Source: Salpingoeca rosetta
Lineage: Eukaryota; Protista; Choanoflagellata
Direction of reading: 5' to 3'
Assembly: GCA_033442325.1 (NCBI GenBank)
Contig: JAWQFM010000005.1
Span: 1,212,329-1,276,328, forward strand
DNA length: 64,000 bases
Positions within the stretch are counted from its first letter, which is position 1; each line of letters opens with the position of its first letter. Positions 20,922 to 40,878 of the stretch are shown piece by piece. The notes below the pieces were generated by a model. The model was given only the letters and a program-made list of their open reading frames with translations, was not told the DNA's origin and did not search any database. The translations under genes were made by a program, and so were the position numbers.

Positions 20922-23900
20922 ATGAGAGGCTCAGGCACGCCTGGCCGGGCATGCGCGTGTCGCACTGCTGAGAGCCCAGGCAGCACCGCTTCTCACAACC
21001 GCAAACAACAACAAAGGCGGCCGGACAGGCCGAGAATACCACAACCACTGGCCTCACCGACCTCATGGCGCGTTGCTGTCGTGGTCATGACGCTGTGTGC
21101 TGCGGCGTGTGTGCCAAGAACCGCGGCACAAGCCCCATGCTCTTTTGCTTCCTCCAGCGAGACACCGCTCACCATCTTGCTGCGCCACAACAATGCACCC
21201 GTTGGTGCTTCCGGCCAGCTGTACCTGCCGGAGAGCCCCGTCACGTTCTCGTTCTCTGCTCCGACCTCAAACCCGGGCATCGCCATCTCCGCGGACGCAG
21301 TGGACACAGACGACTTCCTGATCCTCAACACAACCAACTTGAACGAACCTATTGACAACAATGCGTTTGAGCGGTGCGCGTTTAACTCCGTCACATACAT
21401 TGTCATCAATGGCACCACCGCCGCCCTGCGTACGCCGCCAGCAGCGGCTGCAAATGCCACCATCAAGTACCTGGCCTTTTCAGACGGCGCCGTCTCGCTT
21501 GAGCGCACTGTCACCTACAGCTGCGGGTGCCCCACTGCACAGTGTGCGCCGTGCACAGCGTGCACCATTTCGTGCCCCGTGGAGCATGTGCTGGTGAACC
21601 AGACCTGCCACAACGCCATCATTCCCGACAGCGCGTGTGAGCCGACGCCGGAGCGCGCGGCCATGCTTGATCTTCGGGCGCTCTCCCCTGTGCTCACAGC
21701 TGCATGGGATGACGTTGACCACCAGTGCAACTGGGACGGCATCACGTGCGATACAACGCAGTCTGTGACCGGCATCTCGCTGACGTCGTTTGCGGGCACC
21801 ATTTCTCTCAGCATGCTGCCCTCCTCGCTCGCCAACCTGCAGAACTTGGCGACGCTAGAGGCCCCGTCTGCAAACCTGACGGCTGTGTCGCCTGTGCTGG
21901 CGCAGCTGCCCGCGCTGCGGGTGCTCAACCTCGCCAGCAACCCGCTTGGCCCCGGCCCGCTGCCGGCCTTTGTGTGGTCACTGCCACTGCGGCAGCTGGG
22001 CGTCCCCTCCACGGGTCTGCGAGGCAACCTGTCTGCGACCGGCCAGCAGGTGCGCCTGCGCGCGACGCTGGACAAGATCGACGTGAGCGGCAACTTCCTC
22101 ACAGGCCCGCCACCGGTAGCAGCCAACGCCTCGCACACGGTGCAACTCACGCTGCAGCAGAGCGGGCCGTATCTGTTTGACTGTAACGGCGCCAACGCCA
22201 CGCTTGATGTGGGCGCATCCGCAGATCTCACGGACATCACCAGCACCACCTGCACGCTGTGCGGTGCACCCTATGCGCTGGCCAACCTCTCGCCCTCTGT
22301 GTTCCCTGCACCAGCAACTGCCGACAACGAAGGCGTGCTCTTCACTTGCGCACCGGGCTTTCTCACATCCACTACCGCAACCGCCTTCAACCTCACCTGC
22401 CAACTTGGTGCGCTGTCCACGCGGCATGTGTTTGCATGTGCATGTGCATGTGTGTATGCTTTATGGTTGTGTGAGTGACTATGTGTGTGAGAGAGTGACT
22501 ATGTGTGTGTGTGTGTGCATTGGTTGCGCGACGCACCACTCCTGTGTGTATCTTTGTCCTTGCTTCACCAATCCACACTGCCGCCATCCCTCATGTCTCC
22601 CTCCCTCTCCCATCACCACCATCCCACAAACAAATCCCAACAACAACATCATCATCATCATCATCAACAACAACACCATCATCACTTGAAGACGGGTCCG
22701 GTCTGCCCGGGTATTACGAGTGCAGCGCACCCACACCGGGCGAGTGCAGATGCATCGAGGTGGTGGATGTTGTGCTATTTCGCGACATCACTTTTACCTT
22801 TTCATCCTCGCACCCGCCCCTCTCCTCCTTCAACACCACCCTCTTTGTCACCACCCTCGCCGCTGCCATCGGTGCCTCCCCTGCCAGCATCGTGCTGCGC
22901 ATCCCACCAGCGAGCACATCCGACCAGACCATCGCCGCCCGCGTCGCAGTCACAACGCAGACGGTGTCGGGCTTCACCACTGACCCGCTTGCCGCTGTCG
23001 ACGCTGCATTGCAGGACGCAACTGCTCTCCAAACCGCCTTCAGTGCACACGCCTACTTCTCCGCCCTCTCTGGCGTGACTGTGGAGGTCGTGGTGACGAC
23101 GAGCACCACCACGCTTGCGCCCGCCTCAACCACAACAGCACCAACGACTGCGGCACCAAACTCCGACTCGTCCTCCCTGCCCATCCCCATCATTGCCGGT
23201 GTCGCCGGCGGTGTTGCCTTCCTTGCGCTGCTCTTCCTCGTCATCTGCCTCATTTCCCGCCGCCGCCGCGCCAAGACCAACCCCGACATTGTGACGATGG
23301 TCGACACGGGCGTGCTCCCGGGCGGCAGCAGCACAGGCAGCTCCACGCCGATTCAGGGCCGTGGCGACAGGCAGGTCATGAATCCGCTCTTTGACGACAG
23401 CACGGCTGCAGAGGGGATTGACGGCTCGTCGACAGATGGCGGCGGCGGAGGGGTTGCGCTCAACCAGAAGCGCCGCATGGTGCTGGGCAACACGATGGGC
23501 GCCTCATCCGATACGGGCGCGCAGGTGCTGCAGTTTGACGACCTCGGCGACGCGGACGTGGCGACGGAGACGGATGACGCAGCAGCAAAGAACGCGCAGC
23601 AGCGGGCGAGCCTGGTGATGGAGAAGGTGGCTGGGTTTGGGTTTGACATGGGGGAGACGTCAGACGGAGAGACATTTAACCTTGATGATGGCGGGTTTGG
23701 TGACGATGAGGACGTGGATGTGGACGCTTTTGACCTGGACGCAATTGCCGACGCAGAGACGCAGGCAGCAGCATCGGCAACCAAGACGCCCCCGCGAAAG
23801 AGGAGGAGCAGTGTTGGCCGTGGTGGTGGTGGTGCCAGCGGCGACGAGGACATGGAGGACCTCACTGGGTTTGGTGACAAGAGCCTGGTGCACAGCAACC

Positions 23901-24878
23901 CGTTTATCACGGGCCTGTTCCCGCAGCAGCCGACCGATGTCGACGATGACGATGAACGGCTGGGCGCGGGCGAGAACGAAGCGACCCACGGCTTTGCAGA
24001 CCAAAGTGGTGCGGAGGTGCCGCCACTGCCGGCGAAGCACGAGCCGCACTCCGCTGCGTCTGTGGAGACCACATCGACCGTCGCCACGACAGCTACGACA
24101 GCCACGCCACTCCAGCCACCGCCACAGCTGCCAAAGGAGGAGGAGGAGGAGGAGGAAGCCGGACCACCGCCTCCGCCCCCCGCCAAATCACACACGCCGC
24201 AAGACACGGTTGCGCCGCAGCCCGCCGCGACAACAACAACAGCAGCAGCACCGCCACCTGCACTGCCTGCCAAGTCCACCCCTGCACCTGCTGCCAAGGC
24301 GAAGGACTCGCCATACTCGAGCCTGCCGCCACGCAGCAAGACGGCGTCAACAAGCGCCATGGACGGGCGGGCCAGCGCCGCGAGTGTGAGCTCCGTTGGC
24401 TCGCCAAAGCCAGGCCTCTCACGCAACACGTCCGCATCAAGTCAGTGTTGTTGGTTGCGCGCGTTTGATTCCCTGGAATTGCGTTGTTGAGTGTTGTGTA
24501 ATTGAGTGTGCAGCTGTGCAGTTGTGCTAGGTGTGGGGCTATGGCATGTGCCCTGTTGTGCGGCGGTGTTGCACACAACCATAGCTACACCACGTGAATG
24601 CACATCCAACTTGCACTACCTGCCTTTTGTTCTTACCCTGCATTCCTCACCTTCTGACACACACACACACGCACGCACGCACGCACGCACCATGACCCCC
24701 GCTCGTCCTTCCCTGGGTGTCAGGTCGGCTGTCGATCAAGCGCAGCGAGGAGGACCGTCGCGCCGCCCGCGAGGCGCGCATCAACGCCCTCAAGGCCGCA
24801 AAGGAGGAGGTGCGCTGCTGACTGCGGATGATTCGTGTGCTGGTGTTGTTGTTGTTGTTGTTTGAGTTGTTGTTTGAG

Positions 24879-24915
<37 letters not shown>

Positions 24916-24956
24916 AGTTGTTGTTGTTGTTGTTTAAGTTGTTGTTGTTGTTTGAG

Positions 24957-25013
<57 letters not shown>

Positions 25014-26701
25014 GAGTTGTTGTTGTTGTTTAAGTTGTTGTTGTTTAAGTTGTTGTTGTTGTAGTGCTGGTGCTGGTGCTGGTGCTGGTGCTGGGACGAT
25101 GAACCAATCGGTGCTGGTTCGGTAGCATGTTGTGCGACTTGAGCCATGGTTGTGGTGATGCCGCGATCTGGTATACCATCTTGTTCCATCCTGTACACGA
25201 TTCATACATCCCCTTTCCTCACCCCACTTTCCCTCCCTTTGCCTCTCTCTCTCTCTCTCACACACTCACACCCCCCCCCCCACACACACACACACTCACA
25301 CACACACACTCTCTCTCGCGCATCCATACCACCGTATTTTGATGGCTCTGGTGTGCAGGCAAAGCGCTCGCAGATGCGGCACCCGTCGCAGTGGTCGTTC
25401 AACGAGTGCGTGGCCTGGCTCCGACACCACGATTTCAAGGAGTTTGTGGACGTGTTTTACAACAACGGGTTTGAGGGCAAACACCTAGTGGCGCTGCAGG
25501 CGCGATCGTTTACGGGCGTGCGCTCTGTGTCGCAGGACCGCGTGCTTGCTCTCATTGACGCCATTGCCCGACTCAAGGAGGTGCGTACTTTGTACATGGC
25601 CCCAGCCGTGGTGGCGGTTGGTTGTGAAACGAACGTGCACTGATGCTGGCATGGACCGTGCACTGAAGCTGGTGTAACTGTGCTGATTGGTTGTTTGCCC
25701 CCCCCCCACCACACACACACACACATACAAAAAAAACACAAACACAAACACACACGCACACACATGCACATACTCACACACACACACACACGCACACACA
25801 CACACATGCTCACACACACACACACACATGCTCACACACATACACACACACAACACAACACAACGCACCCCCTCCCCCTAGGTTGGGTACTGGGTGCCGC
25901 CGGACATTGATGACGACGATGTGGACACATTGGCGCCGCTCGAGGAAGAAGAAGCGCCGAGCGGCCCGCCGCTGCCCACAACACCTGCACCGCCATCCAC
26001 CTTGCCCCCATCGCTTGCGACACCGGCAGCACCATCCTCATCGACAGCAGCACCGCCGCCGCCATCAAGCCTGCCACCCTCACTGGCACAGATGACGCCA
26101 CCAGCACCGCCCCCCACCACCACGCTGCCACCACGCTCGGGCCCCTTGCCACCGGTGCCTGCACCAGGTCCGTCAGCACCAGACAACGGTGTCGTCGGCA
26201 GCAGCGGCAGTGCTATTGGTGGTGGTGGTGTCGTGGGCGGCGCAGTTGACACCTCAGATGCAATGGAGACGGCACGAATTGACTACATTCTCTCGCAACA
26301 CCTGACGCGCGATGATGCGAAGGCGCTGCTCAAGTTTGGACACGGTGACGAGGGCGAGTACCTGTTCCGTGCGAGCCAGTCGTCTCCCGGCGCCGTCGTG
26401 CTGTCCATGTGTCATGCAAACACGCTACACAACTTTCAGATCAAGCGGCAAGGCCCGCTCTATGTCACACCGAACGGCCTCACCTTCAGCAGCCTTCCCG
26501 TACGCCACTCGAATTGGGGGGGGGGGGAGACGTACGGGAGATGGAGAGGGGTTGGACGAGAGATAAGGGGGGGGGGGAGTTCCGGAAGGGGAAGAGAGGC
26601 TAAGTCAAGAGGTGAGTGAGGGGTTGTACGCAGGCATTTGTACACATCCACAACAAGCTGTCACTCCCACTCACCACTCCATTGTCGTTTGCGTTTGCAT
26701 G

Positions 26702-26787
<86 letters not shown>

Positions 26788-26923
26788 ACAGGAGCTCGTT
26801 GGCCACTTTAAGCAGCACGACAACGCAGGCTTGCCCTGCCGCCTGTCGCACGCGTGTACACACTACGACCACCTCATCCCCAAGCCAGCCAACGACTCGT
26901 TTGGCTTTGGAGGTATGTGAATG

Positions 26924-26958
<35 letters not shown>

Positions 26959-27168
26959 GTGTTCGTCATCGTTTGCACCAATACCGCTGTCGTCACTTCT
27001 TACCTCCAAGCACCACATTTACACACATGCACGCACGCAGACGACGTCACGTATGACGATCTGGACAGCGTACAGAAGCAAGTGCCCGCTGAGGATGAGT
27101 ATGAGGTGTTGGAAGCGACACAGACGCAGAGGGCGCAGTTTGCCGCCATGCGCGCCTCCGTGCAGGTT

Positions 27169-27240
<72 letters not shown>

Positions 27241-27424
27241 TGTGCGTGTGTGTCTATGTGTCGATGTGTCTGCGTGTGTATACATGTGTTTTTGTGTGTG
27301 TACATGTGTGCGTGTGTTTCACAACCCATCTCTTATTTCCTTGTGCACCTCTCATATTTCACTGTCGCCCAACACCCCCCACACTCCGCCGCTTCAACTC
27401 TCCTGCGTACTGTTGCAGCCGTGA
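20922..27424 (+). CDS. Single-pass receptor: signal peptide, possible Reeler-like domain, plant-type LRRNT+LRR, sushi-like region, TM, acidic/Pro-rich tail, SAM, SH2 and pTyr motifs
   Basis: Signal [21 protein letters not shown]; [13 protein letters not shown]; LRRs such as [11 protein letters not shown] and [16 protein letters not shown]; [24 protein letters not shown] followed by RRRR; [25 protein letters not shown] (25359-25580); SH2 [27 protein letters not shown] (~26280-26860); final exon CCG TGA at 27419-27424. Confidence 0.88.
24845..25094. repeat. Interrupted (TTG)n tract followed by (GCTGGT)n
   Basis: Intronic; periodic TTTGAG/TTTAAG interruptions. Confidence 0.9.
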
Positions 27425-27760
27425 TGTGGTTGATGAGTGCTCTCAGTTGTTAGTAGGTTGCTTTTTGTTTCCCTTGCGTGCAGGGGCACGAGCACAAGCA
27501 TCTATATGCGTGAACGTGTCTTCCCCATGCACTCTCTTTGCTTCGCTTCTTTGTTTGCTTCCCCGTCGTTTATACTTTGCTTCTGCAATTGTCGTCCTTG
27601 TCGTTAACTTTGCCTCTGTATGTGTGTGAGTGTGTGTATGTGTGAGTGTGTGTGTGTGTATCGACCAAATCGAACCTGTGTGAACATGAATGGCGGCACG
27701 AAGGACATGTGTGCATGACGTGAGTGTGTGCGCGTGAGTGTGTGCATGACGTGAGTGTGT

Positions 27761-32511
<4,751 letters not shown>

Positions 32512-32849
32512 TACTGTGTGTCGGCGTATGGACGTATGTCTGTATGTATGTGTGTGTGTGAGTGTCTGTGTGTGTATGTGTATGTATGTGTGTGTGAGTG
32601 TCTGGTGTCCGGAAGTGCGAACACATGTGCCTCCTGCAATGCGGTTGTAAACGTCATTTATTATCGCCCTCAAAAGGCGCGGCTCAATTACACACCCATG
32701 TGCACTCTCGCAAGCATACTCTGCTATCCCAATTAGATCAGCAATCGCACAAGCACACAGATGTACACACGACCACACACGCGCGCGCGCACACGCAGAC
32801 AAGCAAATGTGCATGCGCTCAACGCACGAAACACACGACCACGCAAGGG

Positions 32850-34543
<1,694 letters not shown>

Positions 34544-34590
34544 GTGCTGCATCCAACTTTGTCTTTGGCAGCAGACTGTCGATTGTTAAC

Positions 34591-34611
34591 GAAAGACAGC
34601 GTGCAGTTTTC
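34591..34611. promoter_or_regulatory. GAAA-N13-TTTC palindrome in the SLX1/STRN bidirectional promoter
   Basis: GAAAGACAGCGTGCAGTTTTC, flanked by two GTTAAC hexamers. Confidence 0.55.
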
Positions 34612-34911
34612 GTCAATCGTTAACTTCCAAACCGTCAAAGCTTGCTTGTGTGTGTCGACTCTTGAGGCGAGGTGCTGGGCTGGCTGCTTCAACCCATCAC
34701 CACCATCACCACCACCACCACCACCACCAGCGCAACAGACGAAGCAACAGTTGTCTCGCTAGCACAGAGACAGAGGCAGAGAGGAAGACAGAGGCAGAGA
34801 CAGAGAGATTGGTAGACAAGGCAGTAGGCTGCTTTGGGTTCCGCGCCAACGACAGCAACAACAGCAGACGCAGAAAGAAGACTGGCGACGTGTACGCAAG
34901 GCAACAACAGA

Positions 34912-35478
34912 ATGCCAAACTGGGATCAGCGGGCGCCGCCAGACCAGCTGCCGGCACCACCGCAGTCCATTGCTGAAGTGCTGCACTTTGTGCAGCGGGA
35001 GTGGGCCAACTTTACGCGGGAACGATCGAAATGGCAGGAGGAGCGTGCTGCAATGCAGGTACAGTGAATGCTGCACAGCAACCATGTGTGGTCGAACAGA
35101 GGATTTGGCTTGACATGCCACTGCAAACACCCCATTGGTTTGCAAATACCGCACCCCTTCCATGCTCTTCACACTGCTCCCTAACACCCAAACAACCTGC
35201 ACACACACACACACGTATACGTACACGCACACACACATGCGCGCGCACACACACACACACACAAACATACACGCACACACATGCAGCACCGCATCAACAG
35301 CCTGGAAGGCGAGCTTGATGCGAACCGGCGGCTGAGGCGCGACCTCGTGCGACGCATCAAGATGCTGGAACTCGTCATCCAACAAGAGAGGTGCACACTC
35401 ACCACGTGCTGCCGATGTGAACCACCAAGCGTGTGTTGTGATTGCCCCTTCTGCTGTTGCTACTGCTGCTGCTGTTGA

Positions 35479-35511
<33 letters not shown>

Positions 35512-35940
35512 GTTCGAAAGCCAATACTCACAATGACGACCCGTGGTGGAACGCGACCCATCGCATGTTGCATCTCGTGGTGTATCAGGGCGAAATCCAA
35601 GGGGGAGCCTGTGCCAACTCAGTCCTCCGTGAAGAAAGATCCTGCCGAGGACATTGCTCTTCCTGAGCGCCAATCCCTGCAAGGTGTGTGTGTGTGTGTG
35701 AAATAGATGGGCTGTCGGTGCTTTGTGTTGACGTTTGTGATGGCTCACCTGCGTCTCTGTGCTGTGTGCTTGGCTCAATCGCCAGCGCGCCTGTCCAAGG
35801 TGAAGGAGGGCCGGGAGGTGCTGATGGGCTATCTGCGCGAGGTTGGCATCACCAAGAACCTCATCGAGCTCCAGGTACGCTCATCCTGTTCGATGTGCGT
35901 GCGTGTGTGCGTGTGTGTGTGAATGTGTGTGCGTGTGTGC

Positions 35941-35985
<45 letters not shown>

Positions 35986-36492
35986 TGTGTGTGCGTGTGT
36001 GCGTGCGTGTGTGTGTGTGTGCGCGCGTGCATGTAGCGTGCACGCTGTGCCTCCTCTGCTGCCGTCATGGTGTTCTCACAGCGTTGCGCCTGTTGTTGCG
36101 GGATTGTCATAACTGCCTGTAGGCACAGCGCTTGAAGGAGGAGGTTCCAGACTACATGTCTCTCTTCGTCACTCCTCAGCGGTGTGTATGTGTGTGTGTG
36201 TGTGTGTGTCTTCTTGCATGCGTGTGTTCATGGCGATGGTGTTAGCCGTTGTCCCTAACCCCTCGGGCGCCTCTCACTGCGCACTCGCGTGTTGCCCACT
36301 GCGTGCGGTGCAGGTCTGAGGCGAGTGCAAACCAGTCATCCGACCTCGAATTTGGTCAGTCGCCACCTGCGTTGAATACGATATGGTGCTGCAGCTCATT
36401 CTACCACACACATACACGCGTGCGCACACATGCACGCATTCACGCACGAATGTACTCCAAGCGGTCCATTCTCGCTCCTCACACTCACAGTT

Positions 36493-36567
<75 letters not shown>

Positions 36568-36643
36568 TCCCCGCTTCGCGTGCCTGTTCACCATTCTGCC
36601 GATTGCTGTTACAGCGAACGCGATGGGCGACAGCGACGATGAG

Positions 36644-36676
<33 letters not shown>

Positions 36677-37777
36677 AGCAACACCAAAGGCGGCGTGCGC
36701 ACGTACGCGTGGCAGAGCAAGACCGTGAAGCTTGGCGGCAGTGGCGGTGCTGCTGCCGACGATGATGAGGACGACAGTGGCAACACGGCGGGCAGCGGTA
36801 ATGTTCCTGGTGTTGCTGACGCCATGGCCGAGTTTGCATTCCTGGACGAGAACGACGAGGAAATTGTCGAGGAGGAAGCCAGCCAGGACTTTGGTGTGTG
36901 TGTGCGTGTGCGTGCGTGTGTGCGTCTCTGTCTGTTTGTCTGTCTCTCTGTCTGTCTGTCTGTTGTGCGTGTGTGCGTCTCTGTCTTTTTGTCTGTCTCT
37001 CTGTCTGCCTGTCTGTCTCTCTGTCTGTCTGTCTCTCTGTCAGTGTGTGTGTGTGCGTGTGCGTGTGCGTGTGTGCGTCTCTGTCTGTCTGTCTGTTGTG
37101 CGTGTGTGTGTGTGTGTGTTTGATTTCCAGTCCGCATGTCGCTGTAGCTGCTGTGGGGCGTCTGTGTGTGCACCGCCAACGTTCCCACAACCACGCAAAC
37201 ATAGTCGAACTCATCGCTCATGCTCACACACACACACCACTACATCTGTCGTCATGAACGCTTGACCATGACCAGAGCGCCACATTGTGAAGAAGGGCGG
37301 TGAGCGCGTGCTTGCGCCGGCTGTGGAGTCCGATGACTCAGCACTCGGTGCTGCTGCCCACCATGACAACGACGATGACGATGAGACCCATGATCCCTTT
37401 AAGAAGCTCGACGACAAGCAGCTACAGGTCATTGCCGTCTGTCTTACTGTTGCTTTTGGGTTTGGGTTTGTACGTGTGCACGGATGCAGTTGTGCGTGTG
37501 CTTGGCACTCCCTTGTGATTTCGTGTTTGAGCTCCTACCCCATGCCAGTGCTCACCTCTCGTCTTCTCCCCCCCCTCCCCCTTCATTCTCGTCGCGTCTT
37601 GACACCATCGCAGGCAATGATGAGCAAGAAGTTTGGCAAAGCCGGCCGCAAGATGTTCAACCGCTCCGGCCGTCGTGGCCGCCGCGGTGGTGGGGGTGGC
37701 GACGGTGGTGACGTCCGCAACCTCTTTGGCATGGACAAGGACGAAGGTGGGGAAGATTGCCTGCTGCGTTGGGCGAT

Positions 37778-37826
<49 letters not shown>

Positions 37827-38440
37827 TTTCCTTCGTTTTCCCCCACATTTCGCCTCATTCGTCTCCTTTCACACACACACCCTGCTGGTTGTGCCTTCCT
37901 GGTCAGACCTCGGCGAGCTTGCGAACGTGACGGTTGACGACGAGCCCGTGCACGACGACGAGAAGATCCCCGTTGCCAGCCCGACCGCCACAGGCACACT
38001 CAAGGCCCGCAGGGACTGGAAGACAAAGTTCATCCTCAGAAGGTGCTGCTGTTGCCCTTGTTTCTTGCTGTTGTTTCTTGCTGCTGCTCCTGTGAACTGG
38101 CGATGAAGTGTAAAACACCTGAGCATCGGTGCTTACCTCATTGGCATTCGCTCATTCCACTCTCATCTTCATCCGCTCCCATCACGTTCTCTCCCACCAC
38201 CATACACCTCTACGCACCACTGCGGCAGCCACCTTCGCGCTGTGAACTGCGTGACCGCCCACTCTGAGGACCCGATGATCGTCACGGGCTCTGCAGACAA
38301 CACAATCAAAGTCTGGTGGCTGCCGAAGCCAAACCCAAAGTCAGTCGGCACCCGCTTCTTTGGCAGTCGCGCTTTGTTTTTGGTGCACCGTGCCGTGTGC
38401 CCTGCTGTGTGTGTTTGTGTGTATGTGCTGCTGCTGCTGC

Positions 38441-38523
<83 letters not shown>

Positions 38524-38683
38524 TGACTGGACAATATTGCTGCTGTTGCCCTTCCATTCACCGCGTTTGGCATTTGTTTCATTTTGCACTGCACATAATT
38601 CTCGACCATTCAACACAGGAAAACCATTTCCGACATCACGCCCGTCGTCACCTTCCGCGGCCACCTGTACGTTTGCACTCACT

Positions 38684-38726
<43 letters not shown>

Positions 38727-38992
38727 ACTCACACTCATACAGAGAACGATGCACTTGTAACCCCATGTGACGACTGATGATTGATGTGCGTGTTCGTGTG
38801 CGCGTGCGTCTATGACGACAGGGCGCCCGTGCGCGCGCTCACGCTGATGGAGCACGAGAATCACTGCTTCTCCGCATCCGACGACGGCACAATTCGTGAG
38901 CTTTAATGCATGCAATCACCGCCATAATATTTGTTTGCATGCGTGTGTATGATGTTTCCACCAGCCCATCTGACCAATCACACACATGCATG

Positions 38993-39036
<44 letters not shown>

Positions 39037-39175
39037 TTGAGTGCAGGGTGCTGGATGCTGCCCGAGGAGGACTACGATGCAACGCAGGCCTATGAGTCAT
39101 CAGAGGTGCGTGTCGAACGAGCGTCGTTGGGTGTCGATGGGAGCTCACACACGATGGTGTAACACCCACATTCAA

Positions 39176-39259
<84 letters not shown>

Positions 39260-39675
39260 ACACACCATGACTGCGACTGCGCAGATGTACCGGCTCGAGG
39301 GCCACCGTGGACCTGTGACGTCGCTCTCCCACCGCCGCGGGCCACACATCCTCTCCGCCAGCCAGGATGGAACGTGCAGGTCCGCACAACACGCTCGTGT
39401 TTGGTTGCTTGCTGTCATCGTGCCGGTTGGCTGTTGTGTCGGAGTCTCTGTTCACGTTTCGCTCATGCGCGAAGCCACATGGTGGCCCTGTTTCGATTGG
39501 GCAATGTGCACACGCTCACGTGTGTGTTCACGCTCAACAACGCCGCCGCCATCACGCCTCGTCTGCCTCTTTCCTCATTGGTCGTGTGGTCAATACTGGA
39601 TGTAGGGTGTGGAATGCAGAGACGCGGGAGTGTGAACACACGTGGAAGTGTCCCAATAACGACGTGCCCGTCAGG

Positions 39676-39724
<49 letters not shown>

Positions 39725-40129
39725 ATACCATCTTTCTCTCGAAGCTGCCATGTTCAGAGCCCCCTTCAACTCACAAGGGCACACCCGACACACACACACA
39801 CACACACGCACACACTCACTCACTCACTCACTCACTCGCTCGCTCGCTCGCTCACCCACTCACTCACTCACCCACTCACTCACTCACTCACTCACTCACT
39901 CACTCACTCGGCAGGGTGCATGTGCTGAACCACGACCCAACAAAGGCGGCGGTTGTGACGCAGAACGCGTTCATTTATCTCCTCAACATTGAGACCATGA
40001 CCACCATCCGTGCCCTCGGTACGCATGCGCTGTGTAGCTGTGAACGATGGCAGGGCTTGTGTGGTTGGCAACACAAGTGGCATCAACCGTCCGAAAATCT
40101 CAACCATCGCCGCCATTGCAACTAACACG

Positions 40130-40205
<76 letters not shown>

Positions 40206-40333
40206 GCTGCATTTCATCCGCCACAACAGATCCTGCTGATTTTGTGAAGGAGGACAGCAACAACGACCTCAACTTTGCGGCCTTTGAGTCAAACGACGAT
40301 GACAATGATGACGACGACGACGACGATGATGAC

Positions 40334-40371
<38 letters not shown>

Positions 40372-40847
40372 GAGCGGAGACGGAGAGAAGAAGGACAAGA
40401 AGAAGAAGAAGAAGAAGGGCAAGAAGCGAACGCTGACAGCGACATGCGTCACGTCCCACTCGTCCTCCCCGCTCGTTGCTGTCGGCTTCTCCGACCACCA
40501 CGTCCGCGTCTTTGATACAGAATCAGGTCCGGTGCACACACACGCGCGCGCACTCATGCAAGCTGCATACAGATATGCAATGGTAGTGGTATGGCCAGAT
40601 GTCACTCGCACGTACTAACTCCCTGCTTCACACATGCACGCGCACACACACACATGCACAAACACACACGCGCGCACACAGGTGATGTTGCGTCAGACTT
40701 TTGTGCGCACACGTGTGCGGTGACGAGCCTCAACTTCTCCGCTGGCGAGCCCCTTCTCCTCACAACAGGTGCTGGCATTGTTGCTGTTGCGACTGCAGTT
40801 CACAACAACGCACAAATAATGCCGAGACGAGAGAGAGAGAGAGAGAG

Positions 40848-40878
<31 letters not shown>

